A stretch of DNA of 62,495 nt, filler included, from Dirinaria sp. TL-2023a (lineage: Eukaryota): the NCBI GenBank assembly GCA_051941275.1. It is 11 parts of 11 records of this genome, joined end to end, with 100 filler letters (N's around TTAATTAATTAA, not from the genome) between each part and the next. Parts side by side here need not be neighbours in the genome. Positions count along the whole stretch, not along the records: positions 45,572 to 51,150 come from JAVEBF010001631.1; positions 51,251 to 56,823 come from JAVEBF010001632.1; positions 56,924 to 62,495 come from JAVEBF010001633.1; 8 more parts are not named here. One strand, given 5' to 3'. The stretch's first letter is position 1; each line of letters begins with the position of its first letter. The translations under genes and the position numbers were made by a program. The notes beneath the pieces were generated by a model. That model worked only from the letters and a program-made list of their open reading frames with translations, was not told the DNA's origin and did no database searches. This document shows, piece after piece, positions 48,306 through 61,966 of the stretch.

Positions 48306-50585
48306 TCAAGAGGTCAATTCGGCTATGCGACGTTCAATGTCAGGAACAGCTCGGAGCTGTAGGTCGAGTTCCTCTTTCTCACTGTACAAGGATCAGCAAT
48401 TGTAACATGCAACGACGATAAACTCACTCTTCCAACCTTAAGCGCTTCTCAGCGTCAAGCTTAGTAAAGATGTAATTACCCTGACCGTCAAACTGAAGGA
48501 TGTTCTCGTGGTATTTCCACAGACTTCTTCGGTGGGAGACGGTCATGAGGGTGATATTAAGGGCCTTGGCATTGTCATACATTGCTTTTTCAATCTCAAG
48601 CGTGACACTGCTGGTACACTCGTCGAGAATTGCATACTTTGGAGCGTGGTAGAACAGCCGAGCCATGGCAACCCGCTGCTGGAGCCCGCCGGAGAGCACG
48701 TCTCTCCACTCTTCCACCGCATCCCAACCTTTCGGACGATCGACGATGTAGTCAATTTCCACTATCTTCAATATTTTTTGCAGATCAGCGTCCGTCACAC
48801 GTTTGTCTCGCATCTCCCGTAGATTGTCGGGATATATTATCTGCTCTCTTAAAGTGCCGCGGGATAGGTACGGCCGCTGGGGGATGTAAAAGATATCTGT
48901 ATAGGGTGGTTTTCGAACTGACCCGCCATAGACAGGCCAAAGTCCACCCAGAATGCGAAACAGCGACGACTTTCCGGAGCCGTTAGGCCCAACGATCAGC
49001 AAGTGCTGGCCTGGTGTGATCGAAAAGTTCAGCTTGCGAACAAGGATGTCACCGCTCGGAGACACAATGGGAACGTCTTTGAATTCAATGTCCTCGCTCT
49101 CGCTCACTTCTCCACGTCCTTGAAGCACTTCGGCGTTCTTCTCGTTTTCTGCGGATGAGACGAGTTTCTTTTGAAAGCGACCGGCCTGGATATCATCCAT
49201 CACATCGAGCAAAGACGCTACTCTAGAGGTATATCCGGCCAACTCCGTAATCTCTTTGTAGCTGAACATAACTCGACCGAAAGCATCTGAAGAAGAAAGA
49301 AGCATTCGTCGATTCGTGACAAAACCTGAAATTTGTTAGTGATCAATAGGAGCTGTCTGCATATTTCGACTTACTCTCTGTTCGATCCCCCATGCCACGC
49401 AATGCATTACCCGGGACTTTAAAGAAAACAGGAATCGCACATAGCATGAGCCCCAAAGCGCCCCAGAAATATTTTATTACAAAGTCTTCCATAACGCCAT
49501 GATACAGCCGTCGCCTCAATATACGATTGACGTGCTTGATTAGTGTAAAGTATCCTTTATCCAAAGTGTCTTTTTCCGCCTCGTGCCCATGGTACAATGC
49601 TATTTCCTCGCTGTAATCGATTAAACGAGAATGCTGAAACCGGAACTCTCCCTCCAACCTTGCTTCTTCTGCCACGTATTTCCCAAACGGAGGTGTCAAT
49701 GCACGCATAACATTCGCCGACAGTTGTACTAATAAACTCATCATGAAAAGGCCCTCGCCGCCCACGGATCGAGATAGGGAATAATTGTACACAAGGATAT
49801 CCAGCGTCGGTTTCGCTAGGTTTGAATACAGTTCTGCAAGGCTGTTTGAGAATCTTGACACATCGACAGTTATCAGTTGATCCGCGTTCTTTATTCTGTC
49901 GTCCAGTGCAGAGAGGCTGTAGAAGGTCATATTGGAAAGATACTTCGAATGAAGATGGGCTGTAAGGCGACTGCGGTATTGAAGTGCAAGCTTGCATTGG
50001 TGGTACGAAAGCTTTCAATATCGTCAGCGCTCTCACGACTTGCGAAGCTTGGGGGTTCATCAATCGTACCATCGAATTAGTGAACGTAGCTGGAACCGCA
50101 ACTATCATCCACCATACCACACCGCGGAGGAATTGTTTGCCTTTTCCACGCACAAGGCTACTGACAAGCTTTCCGTCGAGCTCAGCGACATATAAGCTGA
50201 GTAGCGTGCGGAGCACCAAAAACACGCTGTGGCTAATAATCAGTCGTAGCTCCTTGCTCCTCCAGCTCGGGATTACAATCTTGAGGAGTCGCCAAAGGTT
50301 ACGGAAAAATTCCCGGTTGATCTCTACTCTCTTCTTCTTTACAGGCTCGCCTTCGGTCGATGCTGTACCTGGGAGTTGTCGCAATTGTTGATGATGCAGC
50401 GCCGCCGCCTTTTGCTCGGACACTGCATTGCGGACGCGGTAGACAAGAGCAAGCGATAGTGAGATGTAAACAGTCCTCGATATCTTCGTCCGATGTGCCA
50501 AATACAGCTCGGTCAATGTCGAAAGCAGCTGCTTTAGGGATCTCTCTGAAGGTGTAGAGGCGGCAAGAACTGAGCGCGCGGCCAT
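48306..50585 (-). CDS. PXA2: Peroxisomal long-chain fatty acyl-CoA ABC half-transporter (ABCD family); 3 introns
   Basis: [11 protein letters not shown]-like motif, Walker [17 protein letters not shown] signature, ILDECTS Walker [12 protein letters not shown] resembles the Pxa2-type rather than the Pxa1-type (LADAG.R) paralog. Confidence 0.85.
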
Positions 50586-51115
50586 GCTATGGGGCAGTCG
50601 TGGTTCATATGATTATCCATGTCATACCTCAAGAGCGGCGCAGGATCTCGCTTTCTCATCGACTTATGTGTTGTTCAACAGGTGACGGAGACACATACAG
50701 AACTCGTGCATTCCTCGCCTCGACCAAGGGTTGCACCGGGACCTCGGCATGTGAAAAAGGATCGCCAAGTCCTTTCGGCTCTCTTGCCGTTTTCGTCAAT
50801 CTATCATGCTCTTCCATAACCAGTTCGCACCTTATCTGCAGTCTTTCATGATGTTCTCAGACATACAGACCCAGCTGTACAAAGCCGCTGGCGTTACACG
50901 AAAGATTGTGTTTATCCAGTACACTTTGTGTATCTGAGACATCGTTAAGCTTTGGGGCTTTTCTAGGGTTTGATGTCTTAATTTCTTCAGTCATATTGAT
51001 TTTAGCGATGAGGGTGGCGGGAACGCCTGTAGATTAGGACACTTAAAAATTCGAGATTCCTCGAAACTACCACGTCTCTCTAAGAGAACGAAAGCCAAAT
51101 AGAAGCCGCACCATA

Positions 51116-51150
<35 letters not shown>

Positions 51151-51250
51151 NNNNNNNNNNNNNNNNNNNNNNNNNNNNNNNNNNNNNNNNNNNNTTAATT
51201 AATTAANNNNNNNNNNNNNNNNNNNNNNNNNNNNNNNNNNNNNNNNNNNN
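51151..51250. other. Artificial contig linker
   Basis: N44-TTAATTAATTAA-N44. Confidence 0.98.
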
Positions 51251-51699
51251 GTGTGAAGGTAGCTGTGGATGTGGTATCGTCCTAGCACTAGAGGGGATAA
51301 GAGCTTGATTAGTAAGAGACGACCGAACTACACTGCCGACGTGAGTGTAGCAGACGGAATCTCTTGCAAGACATGATCGGCCTGTCATAGCGAGAGCTCT
51401 ACAGATATCGCGAAACAGCAGCATTCATTGCTACTGCGGGGCGAGACATATAATGGCGGCGACGAGTTGATCTTTTGAGACCTCATCTCTTCAATGAGCT
51501 CTGACCTCGAAATGTTCGTTGGGAATGTGATCATGTCACAGTCATGACATCGTCTGTATGGTCCGAGAGAACGGATGCGCATGTCGGTGTGTATAGAGAC
51601 AGAACTATTGCTACGGTGATAGCATGCTGTTGCTACATGCTTAAGAAGCAAACTTCAATTGACCCTGGGTTGAGAGATCTGCCTCACCTCAAGAGTACC

Positions 51700-52355
51700 A
51701 TCCCCAAAAGAGCTAGGGAAAACAGGGGTAGGGTTCTGGATAAGCAGAACACGTCGAACCTACATATCGATTGGGGGCCCGCGCAGAATGGCGAAGAAAG
51801 TGGAAAGAAGGCACCAACGGAGCTCGCTATCGCGCGTTGGCGCCTACGGTAATTCAGCGTCATATGCGACTCCACGATGGTCGGGCGAAGCCACACAGCG
51901 CTTTGCTTACACAGCTGAGGACGGGTAAGATAGACTTCAACCAATTTTTAAGCGAGCGACTCGTCTCTGGAGTGATCACAGAGATCTGCGACTGCGGACA
52001 AGATCGCATGACAGTCAGACACGTGCTACTAACGTGTTCTACGTGGAGACAGAAGAGACTAGAGATGCAACGAAGAACGAATAACACCACAGATGTGAGG
52101 AAGCTGCTCGGTAGCGTCGCTGACGCCACAGCGGCGATACGCATGATCTTATCCACTGGTCTACTCAGTCAGTTTCAGACGACTGCTCTTCCTTCGGATT
52201 CTTAGACCCATAGAGTCCTCGCATGAAGGATTTCCTAGTATTATAGATAGAGAAAACTGCACGTAACAAGGAAAGAGTCGACGCAGCGCTGACGCGCCGC
52301 CGATATAAGTATATAGATCTCGCATAGGCCTCTTGTGGGTGTTGAATCGAGTAAG

Positions 52356-52391
<36 letters not shown>
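51700..52391 (+). mobile_element. 5'-truncated non-LTR retrotransposon (Tad-like LINE): ORF2 C-terminus, 3' UTR and poly(A)
   Basis: SALLTQLRTGKI..FL..CDCG..TVRHVLLTC (CCHC zinc knuckle)..TGLLSQF ending at 52205; A32 tail 52360-52391; 5' boundary approximate. Confidence 0.85.
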
Positions 52392-52396
<5 letters not shown>

Positions 52397-52543
52397 TTTA
52401 CGGGTTTTTATTTGTGAAGGAAGAGCTAACTACATGCAGATGTACAGCACGCCTCTAGTTGAGTGAGAACATGATTGTCAGACCCGTTTCGCCCGTAAGG
52501 GCATTCCACAGCTCTCCGTCCCCTAGGGTCTCGTGGTAGGATA

Positions 52544-53095
52544 TCAGAAGACCTCCCAGTTACATCCTCTGAGTTCCTTACCTCTCATCGTCATGAAGTC
52601 CCGGATCGATTTCAGTATATCCTGGGCATGAATCCTGATCGCCTCGTTGCCTTGAAGACACTTCTCGGCCCCAACCCAACTGCTGAAGAGCTCATGGGGC
52701 GGTAGCTGCTTATTGATCTCCGCAGGGATCATACCGTCCCAATTCCCGCCACTTGCCTCTTCTTGCTCATCTCCATACCTCATTAATAGATGGATTTTCT
52801 CGGCCAGGAACCTTTCGACAAGACCGATAAGTATCCCTGTTTCATCGGCATCAACGCTGTAGTTGTTGTGGCTACCGCTGTTTAAGAAGTCGCGGCATTT
52901 GTTAATTTGAGAGGTCTCGCCTTCCTCGGTCTCTCTTTGGAATATGGCGTTAAATGTGGACTTCTGTTGATGTGCTAGGTAGTCCTCTCCTGCAGACGTC
53001 AGTGATTGGAGAAATCGTATACGGTTTTTAGATCTCGTACGCTCAGCTAGAGTCGTGGGTTTGAAAGGCGCAGAAGACTTATGTTCTTGCTCCAT
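52544..53095 (-). CDS. Hypothetical protein (183 aa)
   Basis: Intact ATG-to-stop ORF with protein-like composition; no motif recognised. Confidence 0.5.
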   Translation of the reverse strand: MEQEHKSSAPFKPTTLAERTRSKNRIRFLQSLTSAGEDYLAHQQKSTFNAIFQRETEEGETSQINKCRDFLNSGSHNNYSVDADETGILIGLVERFLAEKIHLLMRYGDEQEEASGGNWDGMIPAEINKQLPPHELFSSWVGAEKCLQGNEAIRIHAQDILKSIRDFMTMRGKELRGCNWEVF

Positions 53096-54192
53096 GTCTT
53101 TAAATAATTGTTCAACGGTTGTATAGCTTTGCTTTGGTTCTTTGCTTTAAATGACCAGGGTAGTCTCGGCGGTATTCAGTGAGAAGAGGACAAATTCTGG
53201 GAGAAAGAGAGTGACATTGGTTTTATACTCCTGATCCTGAATGCAGGGAAATTTACAGTCATGGCTCCCATAAAGCAGTGGCTCATCCATGAGTCGATCT
53301 GAAAAATAGCTTACATAATAGTCACAGGATGCTAAATCAAAGGAACGAAAGCAACTCGTCAGTAAACCTCATAGGGTTCCGTTTGAGCGTCATCGCATTG
53401 ATTCAGTATCGCAGAAAGTAAGGTAGTCTTGGAGAATGTTTCTAAGGCCTAAGCCACAAAGCTTGAGAGCCCCAGTACTGCTAGGGACTGTCGGTCACAT
53501 GGAATGGTCTGCCACAGACCTGAAGCATGGACAGGCCAGAAGACGCGAGCTATCAAGTATTGGATTCTGAAGCTGATGAATGGCATACGTCCCTGCGCTC
53601 AAGAAGTATCACATAAAGATTGGGTCAGGAAATTGAGAGACTCGTAGACAATCCGTCTACTAATAAAACCCATTGTGACCCGTACGATAGAGCACTGCTG
53701 TGATAGCACGATTAGGCTCTGATGACATTGTACCTGGAGTAGTCCCCAAATCTAGATAGCGGTGTATATTAGTCATGGCAAAGCTCGAAGCTCAAAGAAA
53801 ATTGACATAACGGGGCGGACTCGGCGCTGGCTGTATTTCTACTTCGTTTATCTAGCACATGACAAGCATCTGTTCGAGGGAATTTTTGGACGATGGAGGC
53901 TACGGTGTTGCCGACGGAGAGTAAACGTTCAATAATGTTGTTAGAGGTTTTCCGCCTCGGCTTGGAAAAACGTTTTGCCGTCGCCGAGGGAACTACTCGA
54001 TCTTGACACCGACAATAGTAATAATAGGTAGCTTTCTATTTCTCCAATACTGCAGCCTATTCGCCAAAAAATCCCTCCGTGATCCAGATACGGAATTCTC
54101 AAGATCAGTGGCTCTGCAATCCGCAACTCAGATCGGACGAAGGAAGCCTCTAACGCGAGCAACGGCGCACTTACCCTCTGTGGACCTGTTAA

Positions 54193-55454
54193 ATGAACCC
54201 CCATATCTCAATACCGCGGCAAAATGGTGGCGTGCCGAAATTTGGAGGGACAGCACCGGGTGGGCGGTCAGATGGTCTGCGGATGCCACGGTTTTTCAAA
54301 AGGTGGGCGATATATACACTATCAGAATACCACTGGCGGAATTGGCTCGTATTGCCAAAGCTGCCTGAAGAACATAAGATCCAGCTGGACATATCTGGAA
54401 AAGACCTTCATTCGAAAACTGACATGGACGTGGCAGATTATTCAAATTCCCGCAGATGGACTTTGAGATGGCAATTTGGGAGATGACATCTCTGCTCATT
54501 GCGCCTAAGAAGGTGTTCAGGTCCATATACTACCACGTACGTACCTGACTTCACGTCCAGATCTACCTTACATCGCTAACTCTTGCCCAGAAACGTATGA
54601 CCTCTCGCTGTCGCCGGCTGTTTGAACTACCTCCTAGGCCCCCAAAACTCATATTTTCACAGAGACCAAGAACACATACCACCGCGCCGACCCATCCTTT
54701 ACCTACCTGCTCTCCTTCTTCATGCTCCTGACCGGCCTTGCATGGGGCATAGCCTCCACGCCCAACTTCGCAAACACCATCCGCCTTACCCTTCTTTTCG
54801 TCTTTGTGCATTTCCTAGCAATATCGGTGCTCGTGGCTACGGCCGCTTTCTTCCTAGTAGGGAGGCTCCTGGGCCCAGGTATTGCGGGGCTGCCAGGAAG
54901 GAGGAGGCAACAAGGCTTATTCACTCCAGAAGCAGAGAGGGAGAGCTTGGAGTTTGGATATTGTTTCGACGTGAGTACCAGCGGAAAGCAGCAGGGTACG
55001 AAGGGGTCAGCCGCTGACCTGCGCGTGTGTAGGTCGCTATACGAGCCTTTTTTCCGGTGTGGGTGATGTTGTATGTGGTCCAATTCCTCTTGTGGCCGCT
55101 GCTTTCAAGGGACTACTGGTGAATTTACGCTTCAAAATGGCAAATCAATTGAGAGCTAATGCAGTCTAGGATATCGCTCTTCCTGGGAAATACTCTTTAT
55201 GCAGTAGCTTTGGGCTACTATACGATCATCTGCTTCCTGGGCTACAACGGTATGTGATTTTTGCCGCTTCAAATTCATAGCGGCTTGTTTTAATCGCCAC
55301 TGCTACCAAGAACCCTTGCTGATAGGTAGAACAGCTCTCCCTTTTCTTCACCACACTGAGCTTCTTCTCTCTCCAGCGTTCGTATACGCCATTTTGTGGT
55401 TTGCGAGTCTCTTCGGTTTTAATATACCAAAACATGTCGGGCCTTTACTTGTGA
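54193..55454 (+). CDS. GMH1: UNC-50/Gmh1 family Golgi membrane protein; multi-exon
   Basis: MPRFFKR|LFKFPQMDFEMAIWEMTSLLIAPKKVFRSIYYH; LEFGYCFD|VAIRAFFP; FLGYN|ALPFLHHTELL. Confidence 0.9.
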
Positions 55455-56095
55455 TTGGAGCGCGATGAAAGCGCCCTCAACTGCCCAGTCCAATGTACAA
55501 GATAGGTGTGTTTATAGCGAGGAGTTGGATGGAGTGTAATATAGCAATCATATCTGTATTGGATCAGTCGATTTCGGCGTTGGCTGGCGATGACGTGTGG
55601 GCTGATCTGTCCAGCGTCTTTCTCCGACTTTATTCTAGTTCAACGCGGACCCGTCACTAATCCTTAGGACTCTCCACATTTACCCTTCGGATACTGCTTC
55701 CTGGATCTAGGATCGGAGAGTATTTCGATGCCAAGCAAGAGAAGCGACTTCTGCAATTGTCCGGCTTGGCATGGGAAGATTGAGAGAAATTCAGCTTATC
55801 GCGATAACCCACTTCAATTGGTCATGCCTTGTATGCGCCGTAGGTACTGCAGAACCGCATGAGGAAGTTTGAATATGGCACTCTTACAAGCATCTTTTTT
55901 GTTACCATGAAAGTCTCTTTCGCCATGCTAGACCGTCCTTATCTCGTCGCTAAGGAGTATGAGTCACCACTCGCTATCTCAAATGAATATATGTAGACCT
56001 TCCTAAGCTCCTTCTGCTCTTACTCATCTCTCCTTTTGGCGAATTTTTTGCAATCTGAACAATCTCTCCCTCTGCCATACGTATACGAATATATG

Positions 56096-56823
56096 ATGCA
56101 TATCCGCCCGGCCATCCCGTCCGACCTGAGCACCACCTCCACAGTCGCCGCTTCAGCCTTATGGGACGATGAATTATACGAGTGGCTACACATTCACAGA
56201 GACCAGTTTCCCGAACACTTCCGAAATTCAATCTTGCAAAAGCACCGCAGACGTTACTGGCGTGCCGATTTTGCCTTCTACGTGGTCGAAACTGACGAAA
56301 AGGACAAAGACTGGTCTGGAAAGCCTCAGGTCGTAGGATATGCCATATGGCAGCGAAATGGCGACAGTGGCGCTGCCAAGGCGTGGCGAAAGGGGAAGTG
56401 GTGGGCTCGTGCGTCTTATATATATCTTGTTTCCATACGTGTCGTAGGAATTGACAAAAGACTCGAATTTCTAGGACTAGAAACCGTATTACTGGATTGC
56501 GAGAGCTGGTATCACCATCTACTGAAGACCGACAAATCTGTTGACTACGCACGACTCAAACATTTCCACGCCTCTTCTCCAGATGACTTCGATGACATCT
56601 CGGATTTTTGGAATCTTCGGGATCTGGGTACGGATCCCGCCTTCCAACGCCGAGGCGTGGCCGGCATGCTGCTCGAATGGGGCCAGAGCCAGGCGGCGCG
56701 CGAGAGATGCCCTGTTGGTCTCACGGCTAGTATCGTTGGCGAGCACCTGTATCGTGCCAAAGGGTTCAGATCTTATGGTATCATTCCCTGCGAAGGGTTT
56801 ATGGATATCCCGATGTTTATATG
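56096..56823 (+). CDS. GNAT family N-acetyltransferase, 3'-truncated at the contig edge
   Basis: MHIRPAIPSDL; VVGYAIW; motif A LGTDPAFQRRGVAGMLLEWG; LTASIVGEHLYRAKGF. Confidence 0.85.
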
Positions 56824-56923
56824 NNNNNNNNNNNNNNNNNNNNNNNNNNNNNNNNNNNNNNNNNNNNTTAATTAATTAANNNNNNNNNNNNNNNNNNNNN
56901 NNNNNNNNNNNNNNNNNNNNNNN
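56824..56923. other. Artificial contig linker
   Basis: N44-TTAATTAATTAA-N44. Confidence 0.98.
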
Positions 56924-58724
56924 GTCCCCACTGGAAGGAACCACTACTGGCGACGCACTGCAAATGTGGAATGCGCAACCAAGCACCTCCCCACGACTGC
57001 CCCCAGACCAAAACAAAAAAAAAATTAAAACACAGCTGCTTTTACATTATTTCCCTCGCATCTCCCCCGGCTTCGCCTATACGCTCGCCAAATCTCCCCC
57101 ATCGACCCAAACCTATGCCGGTTACCTCCCGCGCCTGCGTCCTTGCGACTGACTTTACTCGTTCCATCATTTCGGCTCTTGTGTGCGTGAAGCCGTGAAT
57201 GCAGTCCTCCCTCCAGGTTGCTTGTGACCATGACAATTGCTTTCGACGCTGGGAAACCATAATCTTCATCTGCGCTTCGGTTTCTACATCGCCGCCGTCA
57301 AAGCTATGCCCACATATCCTCCTACCGGATGTTGCGCATAGATCTGTCGCCCGTGTGGTCCCGCGACGCTGGCGCCGCTTTATTTCGGAGGGCATAGAAG
57401 GATAATCGGAAGAGCTGGGGCCCGAGGCGCCGAAAGAGGAACGAGCAAGAAAGAGCTGGTGCTGTAAACAACAGAGGACGGACAGAGCCATTACGAAGGA
57501 AGTCGTCGCCAGCCAGACGTTCCATGCCAGCCTAGGACTGTTGGAGAATCGGATCAATCAAAGATTGCACCCAGCCTAGCTGGCGTCGGTCTGCATTGTT
57601 TACTCTCATCGCGAAGAATCCTAGAGTCGGCCAGGGAAAGACAGATACCGCATCACACACAGGGAAGAAAAGGGCAGGCGTCAGAGCGACCAGGATCTTA
57701 ATTCTCCACCAGATTAGACCAGTGTGGTGTGGAAAGAGATCGCAGTCAGAGCTTGGCTACTTTCGTATCCCGCTGGCCCACGAAATTGCTATTTTCTGAT
57801 CTTTCAAGAACATACTGGTGCTTGGGGAGCAGAATCCTCCACCAGCGAACAGACCCTGTCTACGGGTCACTTGCTTCGTTGGGCTGTTCTACATCAGCTA
57901 TACCTAAAGACTGCCGAGATAACATCAGACGGGAACTGCCCATATTTTTGGCTGCAAGATTGAGTTCGAATCTGTATTGGCACAAGTCCTGGTCGATATC
58001 CAGCTACTGTTAGCTCAAGCATCTCCAACAACTTCTGGTGCGTATCAGCTCGAATCTTGGGAGACCACACCACTCTCTGGCCCGACATCAGTGTGTCACA
58101 ACCCCAGTCCGGGACCCTAGGAGTCGCAGAGTCAAGTTTTCCCCCGGGCCTCTGGGTGGGCTCAGCTGTCGGTTCCTGAGAGTCTCTTTGCGAGGCATAC
58201 GGTCATTTACGACCAAATAAGCTCCTGCAAATCCTTGAGTTCGACAAATCACGACTTCTATCTTGGCATCACTCGGTGTTAAAGGCAAGATTTGCACGGG
58301 TACCCTAACACAGTTCATTACGTTAGTTCAATAGACTCTGTCTCGAACTCCTTGTATTTGGCCCACCAGGTTTCAGTCGTTGACAGCCAGTTTGTCTCCC
58401 AAACAGTACTGAATCACTACATTACTAAGCCCATTAGTTAGCCTTTTTTATAAACCAAGCGCGCCCCTGCGGCTCCGCGATTGACCTGGTCCCAACAGTG
58501 CCTTGGTTCTGTGCGGCAGAGCTTCTAAATCATCAAAGAAGCCCTTTCTTCCTAAAGTGGGAAAGTCAAGGTGATTCACAGTTCATACAACACACTGATT
58601 TTCTTCGCTCTATAGAACCTCAAGAAGAATCGAGACAGAGCAGCCGTCGGGAGAAAGAATAGCTGTTCGATTTGTTAGCATAGTTGTCAATCCCATTTCA
58701 ACAAACAGTTCCAGACACTCAGCC

Positions 58725-61700
58725 ATGGACCATGCAGCTTTCCATGTATTATATGTGGATAAGCGAGCTAGCCAGGACCTCGACGGGCAATACGTCCAAC
58801 GACCTGCAACGGAGTCGCCGAGTTCTGCAGGTTCCCGTCAAGTAGAGCCTCAAAAGGATCGTACCTCCGAGCTTCTGCTCCGCGAGATGGAAGACGTTCG
58901 CCACAATGTTAGATGTATCCTGTCTATCTTTAATGGAGGTAAGTGACGTTCCAACTTCCTACTGAAGCAACCCTGCATACTAACGCTCAGCCAATGGCAG
59001 TCCATATTTGCACCTCTGGTCAAAGCTGTATGGCCAAGCTTGCACAGCTTGACGTTGGCGATACCTTTCACCAACCTATCTTGACTATGGTCGAATTGCA
59101 ATTAGACTCTGAGCCGGATGATACATCACAGACAACAACAACAACAACAACAAACCAGCCGTCGGATCATAGTCGCCATGACATGTCGCTCTTGCAACAT
59201 ATATCCGCACTCAAAGCAGACACGAAACTGTCAAACTTGGTCGTTCCGATTGCTATGATACGTGAACGAGATCGCAATGAGACATCAATCCCTCGAGGTT
59301 TCAGCACGCGTCTAACGCGTCCTTCTTCCGGAGGACTGGACAGAATCGGCAAAGCGTTTTCTTCAAACCAGACGGATGCAAGTAGAAGAAGATCGTCCGT
59401 TTTAGAACCTTGGAAGATCATGAGATGCCTAGACTCTGGAGCTACTGATGTACTTCCGAGTCCATTGTCCGAAGCTCGCATTGGAAGTTTGACTGTACAC
59501 GCCTACCATGCACGAGCAGCAGCACAGAAGGAAAGATCGGCGCTGCTCGCCAAGAAGAGAGACCGCAAACGCTCATGGGTAGGATTTGATGACCAAAAGC
59601 CGTATGCCTACTTGCGCGAGCAAATGTATGCAGCAAAGACTCTCGTACTCACGCATGTGCTAACTCTTTTGTAGGGTCTCTCGCCTCATGACTGGCATTT
59701 GCGATCCAGAGAACGAGCCATACTCTTTCGATCTCCAGTAAGTCTCACGATTATCGATAATAAAGTAATCGAAGCTGATCGTACATCAGCTCCTTGCCTG
59801 ACCTTGGTCCCGGTCAAGAATGGAAGATCATCGAGGCGATCAATTCCTGGGCTTTTTCTGCACATGAGTTTTCAGATGACGAATTAGTGCATGCAGCATC
59901 CCTAATGTTACGGCACACACTAAGCATGCCGGAATTGGAGGAATGGCGACTCTCAATAGGTATTTCCAAAAGCCGAGCGCATGCTCTTCCCTACTCATAG
60001 TGACTCATATCTGACCTGTATCGCATAGGAGAGCTCAAAACCTTCCTGCTGGCTTGCCGAGCTGCCTACAACGCATTCGTCCACTATCACAATTTCCGCC
60101 ATGTCATCGACGTCATGCAAGCCGTATTCTACTTCCTCCTCCAGATAGGATCCATACCGCCGTTCCCCGATTCGCCAACGTCACCACAGCCCCAAAACCC
60201 TTCATCTATAGCGGCCCTGCTGAAACCTTTTGATGCGTTAACGCTATTGATATCTGCAATTGGTCATGACGTAGGTCACCCTGGTGTGAACAACGCATTC
60301 CTCGTGTCTCTCAATGCGCCGCTGGCGCAATTGTACAATGACAAGTCCGTACTTGAGTCCTTCCACTGTGCAGCATACTCCCAGATACTTCGACGTTATT
60401 GGAAGAATGCCTTTGGGAACACCACTATGCGATGCCTCATGATAAATTCAATATTGGCAACTGACATGGGATTGCATTTCAATTACATGCAAGACGCCGG
60501 ACATCTGCAGCAAAAACTCCATGACAATAACGGTACTGATGGCTGGAGTGTGACTGTGCTCGAAGAGTATAAGACTCTGACTTGCGGTCTTCTTATCAAG
60601 TGTGCTGATATAAGCAACGTGGTAGGCATGCCGGTCTCCGGTTTGTTCGGTTTGTACTGATCGATAACAGGCACGTCCATTCAGAGTGGCTGCCCAGTGG
60701 GCCGATATTCTGCAAGAAGAGTTTGCCAACCAAGGTGTGATGGAAAGGGAAGTTGGCATAGAGACTACATTGTTCGGTGGGCCCCCTGAGCTAGGAAATG
60801 TCACCAAGCTCGCGAACTCGCAGAACGGCTTCATGAACATCTTTGCCCGCCCCTTATTCGAGGTCGTAACAGACATATTACCGTGCATGGCCTTCGCTGT
60901 TGATGAGATGAAGGCCAATACTGATGTATGGAAAGGTAAGATTGAGCAGGAGGCCTCGAAGCAGGAAAGGCAGGGCACCGGAAGCAATTCGGAAGGTGTA
61001 TTATCTCCGCGTACGAGAAGCCCGAACCGTTCTTGGAGCCAGCCGGAAGCTTCACATCCTGAAGGTCTGCCGGCATCCGCCGAACCCACGCACCCTACCT
61101 TCTCAGCAAGTATGCAGAATATTGAAGAAGAAGCACGTCGTGCGTCATTCGACCGTACACAAGAAATACGAGAGTACACAGACCGAAGCTCATCCCCCTT
61201 CCGCGACTCCCGTCGTTCATCTCTTGGACTTGCTGCGGGACACGGGGGCTCGTTTCCTGACCAGATCTCGTACTCGCGTCGCTCATCAGGTGCGTTATCT
61301 GCATCGCAGCACCAGAGCATCACAGCGAGGCGCTCAAGTAACACGTCGCCCAGTCAGCTGCAATTAGGACCTGCTCCTGAATCCCGAACGCAAGCAGTTT
61401 CGGCCGAAAACGTACAGCCCACGAACCGTGGCTCCGAAGGCTCCGAAGACACGCTTTCTCAGTCACAAAGACCGTCTGTATCCGGACCTAGCTACGGTAG
61501 TGGTGGCGACTTGAGTCGACGCACGAAGAATGATGACATCCGCCGTCCATCCCGTTCCTCAAACAACACTTCCGGTCGCTTCTCGATGCAGTCCAATCAG
61601 CGTGACTCCTCAGGAGCCCATACCAATATTTCTCAGTCGGCCCCGTACTCTCCCACCACTACGCAAGCCACAAGTATCCTTACGACGAACAGTTCGGAGC

Positions 61701-61966
61701 CGGGCAGTGCTCACCGTAATGGCAGCGCCGCCGAAGGCGCTACTGCAGTATGGAGCAAAGTTCCAAAGCCAAATATCCCAAACACCGTGGACGTAGATCA
61801 TTTAGGCCAGTCTTGCCAGAAGAACAGTGAGGTCAAGACCAGCATCATGAGCAATGGCACCACAAGCCCGAACGAGGAGCGGGAAAGAGCCGTGATAAGG
61901 AAGAGCTCGAGATTCCGGCTACGGGATCTATGGAGGAAGAAGGGCAAGATGGAGGCCAGCCCTTGA
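58725..61966 (+). CDS. PDE2: High-affinity class I cAMP phosphodiesterase (PdeH/Pde2); multi-exon
   Basis: YHNFRHVIDV, HDVGHPGVNN, SVLESFH, ILATDMGLH, IKCADISN|VARPF motifs; receiver-like N-terminus (CLDSGATDVLPSP). Confidence 0.93.

Noticed and set aside
56924..58724. Many short ORFs upstream of PDE2 as possible uORFs or extra genes
   Set aside because: No motif or TSS evidence; consistent with a long promoter or leader region.
60448..61344. 298-aa antisense ORF, and similar shadow ORFs over PMC1, PXA2 and 33067..33672
   Set aside because: Opposite-strand shadows of well-supported genes.
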